From Malacoraja senta (taxonomy: Eukaryota): a DNA stretch of 64,000 nucleotides. Location of the stretch: assembly GCA_038087875.1 (NCBI GenBank), contig CM075988.1, forward strand, positions 17,920,001-17,984,000, in the 5' to 3' direction. The notes under the pieces are model-generated. The model made no database searches. It was given only the letters and a program-made list of their open reading frames with translations, and was not told the origin of the DNA. The position numbers and the translations under genes are program-made. Positions 12,384 to 24,862 of this stretch are shown one piece after another (position 1 is the stretch's first letter; the number at the start of each line of letters is the position of its first letter).

Positions 12384-13879
12384 CTGCCAAGGTAAAAAAT
12401 ATATTAGAGTTGTTGAAATAAGTCAATATTTCTTTACATGAAGAGATTCTTCAACAAGAGTTGGCAATGATAGAGATCTAGTGTGAAGAGGGTTCCATGG
12501 CCAAAACTAATTGCAACATAACCCTACTTGGGCTATGGGAGTCTTATAGACATAACAGCATGGAAAAAGGCCCTTTAGACCAACTTGTCCATGCTGACCA
12601 AGATGCCCAATCTAAGCTAGTCACAATTGCCCTCATTGGGTCCATATCCCTCTAAACTTTTTCTATCCATGTCCTTTCCAAATGACTGTCTCAACTACCT
12701 CCTCGCGCAGTTCACTGAACACACCTACCACCATCTGAGAGAAGAAATTGTCCTTCAGGTTCCTATTAATTATTTTCCCCTCTCGCTTTAAACCTATGTC
12801 CTCTGGTTTGATCCCCCTACCCTGGGTAAAAGATTGTGCATTCACCGTTTAAATTCTCATGATTTTATACACCTCTGTAGGATCACCTCTTAGCTTCCTG
12901 CGCTCCAAGGAGTGAAGTCCTAGCTTTCCCAATTTCCCAATCTGGAACTGGTGCGCTACAATGCTGGGAACTACATTATGCACTCTGTATCTGCCCCATT
13001 GCTCTTCCTATTGTGCTTGATTGCACTATTGTATTATCTGATTTGATTGAATAGCATGCAAAACAAAGCTTCTCACCGTTCCCTAGTACATGCGACAGTA
13101 AGAAATCTTAAACCTAATTAACTTTTTTTTAAATCCCTTTCTCTGTCCTCCTCCTGTTGTTACAGCAGTGAGGTGTGATGGGGAGAGGGGGGGGGAGGAG
13201 GGCTTTTAATATTATGGCCACCAAAATCTTTATTTAAAATCATTTTTGAAATGTTTCAAATTTACAATGTTTACAAGGCATTTCGATTGGAAAGGCCACG
13301 AGGAATGCAGGCCTAACATGGGTTTAATGCGGGCAAATGGAATTAGGGTAGGTGGGCATGACGGTTGGCATGGATCAAATGCACTGAAGGATCTGTGCTG
13401 TATTGTATATTTCTGTGGTTCTATATTCGACTAAAGAGACAAAGGCAACAGGCAAAATCCTTTCACAGAATAAGCTGCAAGGCACCTGACTAAGTGATGG
13501 AAGCAAATTCAATCACAGATTTCAGGTTACAGATTGGTTTAATTGCAAAACTATTGTAATATTTTAATCAAATTCTTTTCCCTTCTCCTTTCCTACCGCT
13601 TTGTGGTCATTGAGTTCGGAAAATTACATCAATGCTGCTATCCAAGTCCCTGTCACCAGCAGACTCGATGACTGACTGATACTGTCAACCTTGTACCGTC
13701 TCAGCTGGCTCAGCCCGACCAGGGAGATTCCCTATTGTCATCGCTGCCAAACGCCAGTACATGGGTGCTCTAATGCTGGAGTGGCCCAGGAACAGAGCAA
13801 ACCCACGGGCCTGACAATCTCAATCGAGCACAACGTCCATATGTCTATATACAACATACACGCAGAGTGCTCACAAGTT

Positions 13880-14420
13880 CACGTTATTGGAGTAGAATTA
13901 GGCCATTCGGCCCATCGAGTCCACTCTGCCATTCAATCATGGCTGATCTCTGCCTCCTAATCCCATTTTCCTGCCTGCTCCCCACAACCCTTGATGCCCG
14001 TTCTCATCAAGAATTTGTCTATCTCTGACTTTAAAATATCCACTGACGGCCTCCACAGCCTTCTGTGGCAATGAGTTCCACTATTTACTCCCTGACTAAA
14101 GAGGTTCCTCCGCATCTTCTTTCTAAAAGAGCGCCCTTTAATTCTGAGGTTGTGACCTGTGGTCCTAGACTCTCCCAACAGTGGAAACATCCTTTCCACA
14201 TCCACTCTATCTATGCCTTTCATTATTCTGTAAGTTTCAATGAGTTCCCCCCTCAACCTTCAAAACTCCAGCGAGCAGAGGCCCAGTGCTGTCAAACGCT
14301 CATCATATGCTAACGCTCATCATTCATTCCTGGGATCATTCTTGTAAACCTCCTCTGGACCCTCTCCAGAGCCAGCACATCCTTCCTCAGATATGGGGCC
14401 CAAATTTGCTCACAGTATCC
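13880..14420 (-). mobile_element. CR1-like LINE 3' end
   Basis: WAPYLRKDVLALERVQRRFTRMIPG..RGELIETY.. Similar CR1 3' fragments occur at about 12550-12935, 15080-15440, 22980-23215, 23310-23715, 28300-28780, 28950-29250 and 54560-54820. Confidence 0.85.
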
Positions 14421-14607
14421 AGTTGCTATCCATGTCCCTGTCATCGACAGACTTGATGACAATAACTGAACCTGTCGACCTTGTACCCTGTCTGTCTCAG
14501 CTGCCCCAACTAAATCTTCCAGCATTTAAAAGGCATTCGCCACAGAGTGGCTGGCAGAAAAGCAAGGTCTGGGCCAGCGTTTAATATAATGTGCAACCAA
14601 ACTCAAC

Positions 14608-14766
14608 CTGTTTATTTTATCAGCAAGTTCTTCAGGGACGCGGAAGGAACAGTGTTCATTCCCAATCATAGTTTCCATTGTAAACGGCTTCATCTTATCA
14701 ATTGGCAAACTTCTCGTGAAGACATGGGTCAACGCTCCATTCACACGGAACGACTTATCTTGACTC
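14608..14766 (-). CDS. FDXACB1: FDXACB1 coding exon 4
   Basis: SQDKSFRVNGALTHVFTRSLP...RVPEELADKINR; 159 bp, AG/GT flanks. Confidence 0.93.
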
Positions 14767-15632
14767 CTGAAGGAAGAAAAATCAAAGCTGCAGTTTTACA
14801 CATTTTATATTTAAGTGTTTACACGTTTAATACTAAAAGCATCTTTAAAATCTGCTCTAAGGTACGTGTGATTTTTCAGTTCAAATTCAACTTCATCAAT
14901 GTTAGTGCCAGTCAGTGGGGTGTGTACAAGGAACATACAAGCCCATGTTAGCATCCACCACACTTTGTTTTAACTTTAAATTTCAGTAACCAAAAAAACT
15001 CACTATTCATTTCATAGCCATGTTTTGGGACTTCCCCATGTCCAGAATAGCTTCTTTGCTTATATTTTTTATTCCTTGAAGTGTAAAGGCTGAGGGATGA
15101 TCTTATGGACATGTATAAAATCATGAGGAGAATAGATAGGGTGAATGAACAGACCATTGTACTAAGAGAAAGGGAATCAAGAACCAGAGGCTTAAGGTGA
15201 GAGGGAAAAGATTTAATAAGAACGCGAGGGACAAAGTTTTCACTCATAGAGGGTGGTGGGTACATGGAACGAGCTGCCAGAGGAGGTAGTTGAGGCAGGT
15301 ACAAGGACAACATTTAACAGTCACTTGGATAGGTACTTGTATAGGAAATGTTCAGACGATTTGGGACAAACACGGGCAAATTGTAGATGGCATGATCAAG
15401 CTGGGCCAAAGGACCTATTGTCATGCTGTGTGACTCAATGACTAATAAGACTTTATTGTATTGCATCAATAGGTTTTTAGCTACAAAGTATTTCTGGATG
15501 TGAATGGGGTTGATGGAAGCACCAGTTACATTCTGCCAGCAGTTTCCACAGACCGATATCCTGTGAGAGCTGAGCAGCAGCATGGAGGAGTTATGATTAG
15601 GCGTTTCAAATAAGTGGGTTAACATCTCTGAT

Positions 15633-15759
15633 CTCTTCTTCTTGCGCATGGCGTGCACAGCCTAAAGTTGTAGGACTACTTGTTCTATTTAATCTTATTT
15701 GATTGTGCACGCCGGGTCGAAACAGGGCGGACCACGTGAAGGTTGCAATCTTCCACCCC
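15633..15759 (-). mobile_element. Short (GAA)n-tailed retroposon, copy 1
   Basis: 12-bp TSD AACATCTCTGAT; highly similar to 29644-29782 and 61341-61471. Confidence 0.8.
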
Positions 15760-16063
15760 AACATCTCTGATTAAACCAGGGATCAATATTTCATTGTGCT
15801 AATATTGCCAATAGATCAATAACGCCACGGCTGGCATTCGTCAGGGAAATGAAACAGAATACTGCAAGCCAGTCAAACAGCATCTGCGGAGGTAGAATCG
15901 GAGGCAATGTTTCAGTTACTGACCACATTTCCAGCAGCCACAGTATTCTGCTTTTGCATTTCCCGGTTCCTGCTCTTCACTGCAGAGGGTAAGGAAACCG
16001 AGCACAATCACAGTTCAACACACAAGGCTGTGGTTGTATATGTCTTGTACACCAGTTACATAC

Positions 16064-16267
16064 CTGTAACCCGTGCTGGTGTAGCCACCGTGACAGGTGG
16101 CGTCAAATGCGTTCACTTCACTCAGGATGAACCCTGCTCCTGCGGCCTGGGCAACGATTTGCCAGCTGTTGTGCCAGTGGCGTGCGGGCTGGTCAGCACC
16201 AGTCCCTCCCTGCCCCCGACACAGGGTAACCTGCACGTCACCTGTCGCAGTTACCACCTCTGCACAG
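16064..16267 (-). CDS. FDXACB1: FDXACB1 coding exon 3
   Basis: CAEVVTATGDVQVTLCRGQGGTGADQPARHWHNSWQIV...GYTSTGY; 204 bp, AG/GT flanks. Confidence 0.94.
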
Positions 16268-16831
16268 CTGGAAAAGAACAGTCTTTGTTAGTGCTGTCGG
16301 TCCACTCAGTAACATTCAACAGCTGTATAGCACGGGAACAGGCCCTTCGGCCTGTCTTGTTGCCATTCTGTGGTAATCCCATTTGACCCATTTCCCTCTA
16401 AACCCTCCCTATTCATATATCTGCCTAAATATATTTGTAATGTCTTATTAGTATCTGCTTCCACAGCTTCCTCTGGCAGCTCATCCCAGATCAGGACTAC
16501 CCTGAGTGAAAAAGGTGGCCCCTGAGGTCCCTCTTAAATCTCCCCTGTCTCACTTAGACCTGTGCTCTCTAGTTTTAGAATTCCCTACCTTGGGAAAAGG
16601 ACTGCGAGTGTTCACTTTATACAATCAGATGACCTTTATAAGTAAATTCTACAGGTGCTGCCTGACCTGCTAGGTGTTTACAACATTTTCTGTATTATTT
16701 CATTAGTCCAACATTGGCAGTCTTTACTTTCACCATCTCTGCTCTCAGACGTTTTCCCTGTACGTTAAGAGGCCATTCGGCCCAATGAGTCAATGCCGAC
16801 TCTCAGAACATTCCCATGATGTAACCTTAAG

Positions 16832-17143
16832 GGCGGCAGTGGCGCAGTGGTAGAGTTGCTGCCTTACAGCGCTGGAGACCCGGACGCCGGAGTACGTTAT
16901 GACTACGGGTGCTGTCTGTACGGAGTTTTTACGTTCTCCCCATGAGTATGTAGGTTTTCTCTGGGTGCTCAGGTTTCCTCCCACATTCCAAAGACATACA
17001 GGTTCGTAGGTTAACTGGAATTGGTAAAATTGTAAAATTGACCCTGGTGCGTAGGATAGTGCTAGTGTATGGGGATCATTGGTTGGTACGGACTCAGTGG
17101 GCCGAAGGGCCTGTTTCTGCGCTGTATCTAAACTAAACTAAAA
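16832..17143 (+). mobile_element. tRNA-derived HE1/V-SINE-like element (representative copy)
   Basis: GTGGCGCAGTGGTAGAG box A, V-domain GGTTTCCTCCCACATTCCAAAGAC, CR1-like tail and (AAACT)n. Other copies at about 3715-4010(-), 4450-4738(-), 7672-7970(-), 9618-9936(+), 23943-24654(+), 30834-31281(+), 36537-36680(-), 48275-48566(-) and 49053-49368(+). Confidence 0.85.
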
Positions 17144-17640
17144 CCATCATCCTCAATCCTAGGAGTGTTGCTGTAGCAGCACCACCTGCTGTGAACTTTT
17201 TGTTTTCAAGGAGTGCAGTTCAGATTTCCTGCTTAATATTTATCCCCTAATCAAACTGAAACAGATAACATGGTCATTACTGCAAGACTGTGCCAGGGAG
17301 CATGCTTAGGGCAAAGTGACAGGTGTGTTTGCTCCAGTCACAACAGTATCTCATTAGCTGAAGTGCATTAGGAAGTCCAGAAAGATATATGAAAGCCACC
17401 ATATCAATGTAGGTCCTAATATCGCCACCTCCCACATTCAAGTACCTTGCTTTGCCCAAATACTTCTCAGTTGTAGGAAAATCTAATGGCCCGCAAATAC
17501 AGAACATGCAATGAGGTCAGGTAAAACCACACAATGGAAACAATATCATATTACGCCACCCTATGCCAAACTGGAAATTCACCCGCAAACATGAGAGTCC
17601 AAGCAGAGAATCCGTCCCCCCGCGGAACATTCAGACCTAC

Positions 17641-17797
17641 CTCCTGAAAAATTTTGCCAAAAGCTCTCTATTTTTTTTCACTCCAGCCTTCCTGCCACAG
17701 TGTGGGAAATTGAAGATAACTCTGTCGAAAAGCCTGCTTCTTAAAGACGGACATTCCTGGATGTTGGTACAGTCCACGAGAAAGTGGGCCTCTGCTC
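17641..17797 (-). CDS. FDXACB1: FDXACB1 coding exon 2
   Basis: AEAHFLVDCT...FDRVIFNFPHCGRKAGVKKNRELLAKFFR; 157 bp, AG/GT flanks, phases 1/2 consistent. Confidence 0.94.
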
Positions 17798-18159
17798 CTG
17801 GAGAAGGGGTTACAAAGGACATTGCACGAGTGAAATCCATCTCCTGAGTGTATCAAATGATGGTTTATAGCATTGAACTTGGTTATTTCATCATCAAATC
17901 GATTGGAAGGTAGAAGTAAGACACAGTAACATCGGAGAACAGAGGAGATTCAACAGCTTATTCCTGGGATGAGAGGGTTTCCCATCGAGTGTGGTCGGGC
18001 AGTTTGGTTTTCTATTGCTTATAGTTCAAAGAGGAATGAGGGGGAACCTGTCTCTGACATATAACATCCTAAGAGGAGTTGACAGGCAGAGGTCTCCACT
18101 GGTGGAAGAGTCACGGGCAAGGGGACATGAATACCAAATAAGGGACCAGTCATTTATAC

Positions 18160-18690
18160 GATACAATAGAACTTTATTTATCCCAGGAGGGAAATTGATC
18201 TGCCAACAGTTATAAAACACAAAATACATGAAACATGAAATTAAATTGACGAGTAGAAAGGTTTGGGGATGAGCAAAGATTGGGGGGGGGGGGAGGGGGT
18301 CTACCAATGACAGACGGGGGAGGAGTTGTACAGTTTGATAGCCACAGGGAAGAAGGTACTGGGGTGTTCTGTGCTGCATCTTAGTGGAACCAGTCTGTTG
18401 CTGAAGGTACTCCTCAGGTTGACCAGTGTGTAATGGAGGGGGTGAGCTGTATTGTCCAAGATGCTCCGCAGTTTGAGGAGCATCCCCCCCTCCAAGACCT
18501 TCTCCCATGAATCCAACTCTGCCCCAGGACAGAGCCAGCCTTCCTGATGAGCTTGTTAATCCTCTTGCCCTTTGCAGTGTTTGCCCTGCTGCGGCAGCGA
18601 AGAAGATGGCACTGGCTACCACCGATTGGTAGAACATCTGCAGCATCTTACTGCAGACGTTGAAGGAGTGGGGCTTTCTCAAAAAGTACA
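18160..18690 (-). mobile_element. Rex1/Babar-like LINE 3' fragment
   Basis: FNVCSKMLQMFYQSVVASAIFFA...HPLHYTLVNLRSTFSNRL; same family as 57400-57975. Confidence 0.8.
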
Positions 18691-19079
18691 TAACTAGGAT
18701 GGGTAGCAATTCCTCGTCTTAGAAGGTGGAATTCTCTGCCTCCAAGGGTGGTGGAGGTGGATCATTCGATACATTTGTGAAAATGGATAAATATTTGAAA
18801 GTTCAGAGTTGAGGGCAATGGGAAACCAAGGGGGAAGGGCACAGTGGGAGGAGTGTGTGGGCGATGGAGGGGGAGAGGAGAAGGACACTGGTGATGATGA
18901 GCTGGGGGCATGGGTTATAAAGAAGGATGTACATGTGAGGGCCAGGTTAGATGGAGAAGAGAGAAGGGAACAGTTTGTGGGCAAGATCCCAGAAATCAGA
19001 GAATTTTAATATTGATGCCGTTGAGTTGTGCACCACCCATGTAGAATATGAGGTTGTGTGGTGAACACGAATCCCTCAC

Positions 19080-19260
19080 CTTTCTCCAATAGGCAGTTGA
19101 TATTATTGGCAGCGTGTTCCTGCTTGGTTATTGTTTCTTCACTTTCATAGCAGGTGGCCACGACCTGAATATCTCGGGACACACGATCACACAGGGAGGC
19201 CGAGAAGGAGAAGTTGCCCTCTCCCACGAGCAGCACACTGTCTCCCGGTCTAATTGCCAT
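19080..19260 (-). CDS. FDXACB1: FDXACB1 coding exon 1 (N-terminal BMT5-like/DUF2431 methyltransferase-like domain)
   Basis: MAIRPGDSVLLVGEGNFSFSASL...LLEKG; donor G|GTGAGG. An acceptor (ttttcag) 6 nt upstream of the ATG implies a further upstream exon. Confidence 0.93.
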
Positions 19261-20654
19261 TTCAGTCTGAAAACAGAGGCAAACTTCTCAAATCCCATCG
19301 CACAAAGACAAACCGCGTGCTCTCAAACCATCACATCACTCAACATTGGCCCTCCACAATGCAAACATCTATATTAATTTATATTAAACCAATTTCCAAG
19401 CTCATTCCTTCCTCCAACTCTGACCACTTCATTCAATGATTCAATGATTGAATTATACTATATTGTCTCATATTCCTAGGTACAGTGAAATGCTTTATTT
19501 TGCATACAACCCGGTAAAATCATGCAGACCTCACCTAGACAGTATTTTTTGTTCACCTAGGGTGTACACAGGTGTCGCCACATATTGCCGCTGACAGTAA
19601 AAAATGTTCACTGAACAGTCCTATCTACTGACTCCCACCCCCCTCCCGCCCAACCGGGTCCTCCTCCATTCTCAACCGGGTCCTCCAATATTCTCAGTGG
19701 CCGCCACAATTAGAGTTTGCCACCAGTCATGCTCTTTGATCCTGCCACTGGAATTCGCTCACTCAGCCTCTAATATTCTCAGGGCCACAACGCTGGAATA
19801 AAGGCACAAGAACAAAATACGCAAAAGGGAGAGCAGACCATTTGGCCCTTCAATCCCATACATGCCACCATTCATCAAGATCGTGGCTGATGTCCTCCTT
19901 CCTTCATTGTCATTTCCCTGTCTTAACCCTCGACTAATACGCAGAAATCTACCAATTCTTGCTTTGAATTCATTCAATGACCCTTCATGGTTGAGAATTC
20001 CAAACATTCTCGTTTGCCTCATCCCTCCATCAGAGTGAAGGATTTACCCCACAACTGGCTACCCAGGTGGCTCGCTCTCCCTGAATCCCAAGATTGAACT
20101 TTCCAGAGACTTGGAAGTTGCAAGGTGCAGCAGGAGCGTGGAGACTCTCTCTGCGTACTGTTCCACAAGAGGGTCTATTGCCCTCATGTGTTGTATGATG
20201 TGACTGGGTAACATGCAGAATAAGCTTTTCACTGTGTCACTGTAAATAAACTAAACCAAATGTACAAAGTACTCCAAATGCAATCTGCCCAATGGTCCAT
20301 TTAATGGCTGGGAGACGTGGATGCCTCTATATAGGCACACAGAGGGTGGTGGGTGCCTGGAACAAGCTGCCAGAGGATGTAGTTGAGGCTGGGACTATAA
20401 TAACAATTGAAGGACATTTGGACAGGTGCATGGATAGGACAGAACCAAATGGGACTGGTGTGGATGGGGCATTTTGGTCAGCATGGACACGTTGGGCCGA
20501 AGGGCCTTTGTCCGTGCTCTGTGACCCACCTCCCTCCGGGGCGCAGGGTCAGACCGTTCGGCCCATCATGTCCGTGCTGCTGCGGCCACGGCCCGGCGTC
20601 GAGGCCTAGCTTCCCCGCGGAGCCTCGGCCTCCCGCTCAGCCTCCGCCGGTGCT

Positions 20655-20943
20655 CACAGCCGCCGCTCCCGGGTTCCAGCGCCCGTCTGCTGCTACACAG
20701 CCGCGGCTGCCCCGGGTCCTAGCGCCCGTCTGCTCCGTCCCAGCCGCGGCTGCCCCGGGTCCTAGCGCCCGACCTAGACTCTGATGCCGCCGCTCCTGGG
20801 TCCTAGCGCCCGACCGACGATACTTGCGGTGCCCCGCCCCTGGGTCCTAGCGCCCGACCGACGATACTTGCGGTGCCCCGCCCCTGGGTCCTAGCGCCCG
20901 ACCGACGATACTTGCGGTGCCCCGCCCCGGGTCCTAGCGCCCG
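20655..20943. repeat. GC-rich minisatellite, ~43-44-bp unit, ~7 copies
   Basis: Core GGGTCCTAGCGCCCG recurs at 20714, 20757, 20798, 20842, 20886 and 20929, with a variant at 20671; the last three units are near-identical. Confidence 0.92.
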
Positions 20944-22119
20944 GGGGAGAAGCGGTGGGGCAGGAGTCGGGGTGGAGAGGGGCAAAGGGGAGAAAGCGGA
21001 CAAGAGCAGGGGTGCGACAAGGAGCAAGAGAAAAAGGGTTGCAGAGGGACGGGGCAAGGACGGTGAACTAAGGGCAAATGGTGGAAGGTGAGGAGCAAAG
21101 GCAACGGGGAGTGAGGAAGTCGCCCCAAGTCTCAAAGAGTAAAGGAATGCAGAACATGGAACCGCACAGTCTGAACAGCCCCTTCGGCCCTCAGTGTCCT
21201 GGGCTAGGTTTATTATTTACTCGTGTACCGAGGTACAATGAAAAGCTTTGTTTTGCATGCTATCCAGTCAGATCAAATGTACTTGGGATAGAAACAAGGA
21301 ACTGCAAGTGCTGGTTTAGAGAGCAAAGCTACAGTATAAAGTACACAAACACACCAGTCTGCCCACAATAGCCCAGGCCCTTTGTGTGGGGGTGTTGGCA
21401 GGGTTAACGCCCTCTGATAATTGTATCTTAATTATTAAAATTGTAATATCAATCTGTAACCCTGTGAATATTTTCAAACAAACGAGATGTTGCTCGGATC
21501 AAAAAACATCGCCTCCCCAGAGCACTAGGGGCCAGACACTACTCCTGCCCCGGGCTTCATGTTAAGGACCGTACAGAGGGCGGTGGGTGTATGGAACCTG
21601 CTGCCAGAGGAGGTCGTTGAGGCAGGTACAGTAACAGCATTTAAAAGATGTTTGTACAGGTACACGGTACATGGATGGGCAAGGTTTGGAGGGATTGGGC
21701 CACACGCGGGCAAATGGGACTAGTGCAGATGGGGCATCGTGGTCGGCATGGGCAGGTTGGGCCGAAGGGCCTGTTTCCATGCTGTAGTGTATGACTCTAT
21801 GAACGGGAGTACAAGATGCGATGCCACTTGACTATGCACCGTATACACAGGATAAACTCAAGCAAGATGTGAACGTGGGGTGCGGACGAGCAGCCAGGTC
21901 CGGGTGGCCCTGACTTTATACAAATCAGTCAATGCGCCGCGGGCATTCGGCCCGTCCAGCCCGTGCCGGCAGCTGATGGTGCCGGTTTAAATTCCATTTG
22001 GAATATTTTGGAGGACCAAGAAACCAAGAACCAAGAGTGAGCCGGCGGCAGGCGAGCGTTTCACTGGGTTCCCGGAGCCCCCGCGGCGGGGGCAGTCTCT
22101 GCCCGCTTTGTGATGCAGC

Positions 22120-22133
22120 GTTGCCGGGGCAGC
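22120..22133 (+). promoter_or_regulatory. RFX X-box-like motif upstream of CFAP68
   Basis: GTTGCCGGGGCAGC resembles GTTNCCNNGGNAAC and lies 55 bp before the ATG of a ciliary gene. Confidence 0.5.
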
Positions 22134-22188
22134 GGGGAGCCCGGCCCGGTCCGGCCCGGCACTGGGTCCGGTCAGTCGGGCCGCAGGC

Positions 22189-22365
22189 ATGGCAGCGTGG
22201 ACAACGCAGGACATTTGCCCCGGGCTCGGGGGGCCCGCCGGCACCCAGAACGATAACTGGGAGGGCGGGGGACGCCGCTACAGCGAGAGCACGCTGCTTG
22301 ATCGCTGGTTCGAGGAGAGGAATGACCTCCGCTATCTCCGCAAGATGAAGCCTCTGCCGTCTCAG
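22189..22365 (+). CDS. CFAP68: CFAP68 (C11orf1, UPF0686) coding exon 1
   Basis: MAAWTTQ...YSESTLLDRWFEERNDLRYLRKMKPLPSQ (cf. human YSNRTLMGNWNQERYDL..KPLPSQ); donor CAG|GTGCGT. Confidence 0.9.
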
Positions 22366-22816
22366 GTGCGTGGGTCGCGGCGCTGCCTTTCCGCCCCACA
22401 GTTGGAGACTGCAGCTGGGACCACCCCAGAACACCCCTAGCTAAAGCCACAGAGTTGAACAGCAGGGAAACTGACCCTTCGGCCCACCTTATCCATGCCG
22501 ACCAAGTTGGCATACAGGACTAGTCCCATATTCCTGCTTTTGGCCCATTTCCCTCTAAATCCTTTCTATCCGATGATGCTCTATTTGTCACATATGCAAC
22601 TGCAGAGTTAAATTATTTTTGCATATGCGCATATCTGTCCAAATATATTTTAAAAGTCATAATTGTATCCGCTCCTATAGCATCCTCTGGCAGCTCATTC
22701 CAGATACGGACTACTCTCTGAGCGAAAAAGTTGCTCCTGAGATCTTTCCCTCTCATATTGCGCCTATGTCCTCTAGTTTTAGAATCCTTTATCCGGGGAA
22801 AAAAAGACCCACCAGT

Positions 22817-22844
22817 CTGAAGAAGGGTCTCGACCCGAAACGTC
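22817..22844 (+). ncRNA. Minimal hammerhead ribozyme motif (Penelope-derived)
   Basis: CTGAAGA-A-GGGTC-TC-GACCC-GAAAC-GTC: catalytic core, stem II, palindromic ACGT helix III and a GUC site. Confidence 0.6.
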
Positions 22845-24798
22845 AACCATTCCTTCTCTCCAGTCAGAGATGCTTCCTGTTCCGCACAGTTACTCCAGCA
22901 TTTTGAGTCTATCTCCGGTGTAAAGAAGCATCTGCAGTTCCTGCCTACACATTGATATCGCACCTTTTACTCCACTTAGATCATAAGATCATAAGAGATA
23001 GGAGGAGAATTAGGCCCTTCGGCCCATCAAGTCTACTCCGCCATTCAATCCTGGCTGATCCATATCTCTCTCCTAACCACATTCTCCTACCTTCTCCCCA
23101 TAACCTCGGACACTCGTACTAATCAAGAATCTATCTATCTCTGCCTTAAATATATCCACTGACTCCATAGCCTTCTGTGGCAAAAAATTCCACAGATTCA
23201 CCACCCTCTGACTAAAGCTGGAGACACAGCCACTTCCCCAAGGGGCAAATCGACCATGTGTTTCAGTGATGCCGACTGAGTGATAAATATCAGCCCGAGC
23301 TCAGGGATAATTCCCTTTGTCTTTGGAGTGCAGGAGGATGAGGGGTGATCTTACAGAGGTGTATACAATATTGAGAGGAATAGATCAGGTAGATGCACAG
23401 AGTCTCTTGCCCAGAGTAGGGGAATCGAGGACCAGAGGACACAAGTTTGAGGTGAAGGGGGAAATATTTAATAGGAACCGGAGGGGTAACGTTTTCACAC
23501 AAAGGGTGGTGAGTGTATGGAACAAGCTGGCAAAGGAGGTAGGTGAGGCAGGGCCTATCCCAACGTTTAAGAAACAGTTAGACAGGTACATGGATAGGAC
23601 AGGTTTGGAGGGGTATGTGCCAAACGCAGGCAGGTGGGACTCTAGTGTAGCTGGGACATGTTGGCCGGTGTGGGTTTTTGGCCCGAAGGGCCTGTTTCCA
23701 CGATGTATCTCTATGGCAATCTGTTGTATTGACTTTGGGGCTTCAGCCGGTGTCTCGCCTGATGTCTGCCACTGCGGTATTCACCTGGGCAATATCAGCG
23801 TACAATTGTTTGTAATGTCCCTGTAATGGGTGGAGTGTACTGAGCCACGGGGCAAAACATTCATGTGCATTTATTGAAAAACATTTCCAACTGTGAAACA
23901 ACTATATCTTTCTATTGAACCTTAAATATTTTACAACCTCAAGGACGGCACGGTGACGCAGCGGTAGAGTTGCTGCCTAACAGCGCCAGAGACCCGGGTT
24001 CGATCCCGACGACGGGTGCTGTCTGTATGGAGTTTGCATGTTCTCCCCTTGACCGCGTGGATTTTCTCCGGGTGCTCCGGTTTCCTTCCACACTCCAAAG
24101 GTGTACAGTTTGTAGGTTAATTGGCCCGGTATAAATATAAATTGTCCCTAGTGTGTTGTTTCACAGTTGGAAATGTTTTTCAATAAATGCACATGAATGT
24201 TTTGCCCCGTGGCTCAGTACACTCCACCCATTACAGGGACATTACAAACAATTGTACGCTGATATTGCCCAGGTGAATACCGCAGTGGCAGACATCAGGC
24301 GAGACACCGGCTGAAGCCCCAAAGTCAATACAACAGATTGCCATAGAGATACATCGTGGAAACAGGCCCTTCGGGCCAAAAACCCACACCGGCCAACATG
24401 TCCCAGCTACACTAGAGTCCCACCTGCCCGCGTTTGGCACATACCCCTCCAAACCTGTCCTATCCTTTTCTCCGGGTGCTCCGGTTTCCTTCCACACTCC
24501 AAAGGTGTACAGTTTGTAGGTTAATTGGCCCGGTATAAATATAAATTGTCCCTAGTGTGTGTAGGATAGTGTTAATGTGAGGGGGTCGGTGCGGATTCGG
24601 TGGGCCGAAGGGCCTGTTTCCTCGCTCTATCTCTAAACTGAACTAAACTAAACTCATGATCCATGTTTGTCATTGAGTTGCATCTCTTCCGCTCCTCCTG
24701 GGGGTAATTCTACTTCCCCCCCCTAACGTGACAGTATTATCACAATCAATCATCAGCAAATCTTGAAAAGAGTTTTATTTTCAATTGTTCTCTTCTAG

Positions 24799-24862
24799 TT
24801 TGAACATGCGTATCGAACAATATATGAGGATTCCTACGTCAAGCCAGAGACACCACGGCGAT
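24799..24862 (+). CDS. CFAP68: CFAP68 coding exon 2
   Basis: FEHAYRTIYEDSYVKPETPRR (cf. human FGHYFETTYDTSY); ttctag acceptor, T|GTAAGT donor. Confidence 0.88.

Larger units (their letters stand above)
20520..22400. promoter_or_regulatory. Divergent FDXACB1/CFAP68 promoter region with two CpG islands (about 20520-21000 and 21880-22400)
   Basis: GC/CpG-rich blocks between head-to-head genes; candidate FDXACB1 non-coding exon donor (GTGAGC, - strand) at 20657. Confidence 0.65.

Noticed and set aside
15907..16386. 159-aa plus-strand ORF
   Set aside because: Antisense shadow of FDXACB1 exon 3 plus repeat sequence.
20655..20943. CRISPR-like constant core with intervening sequence
   Set aside because: Vertebrate DNA, the 'spacers' are identical or related, and there are no cas genes; it is a minisatellite.
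23943..24015. tRNA-like sequence with A and B boxes
   Set aside because: It is the head of a tRNA-derived SINE, not a tRNA gene.
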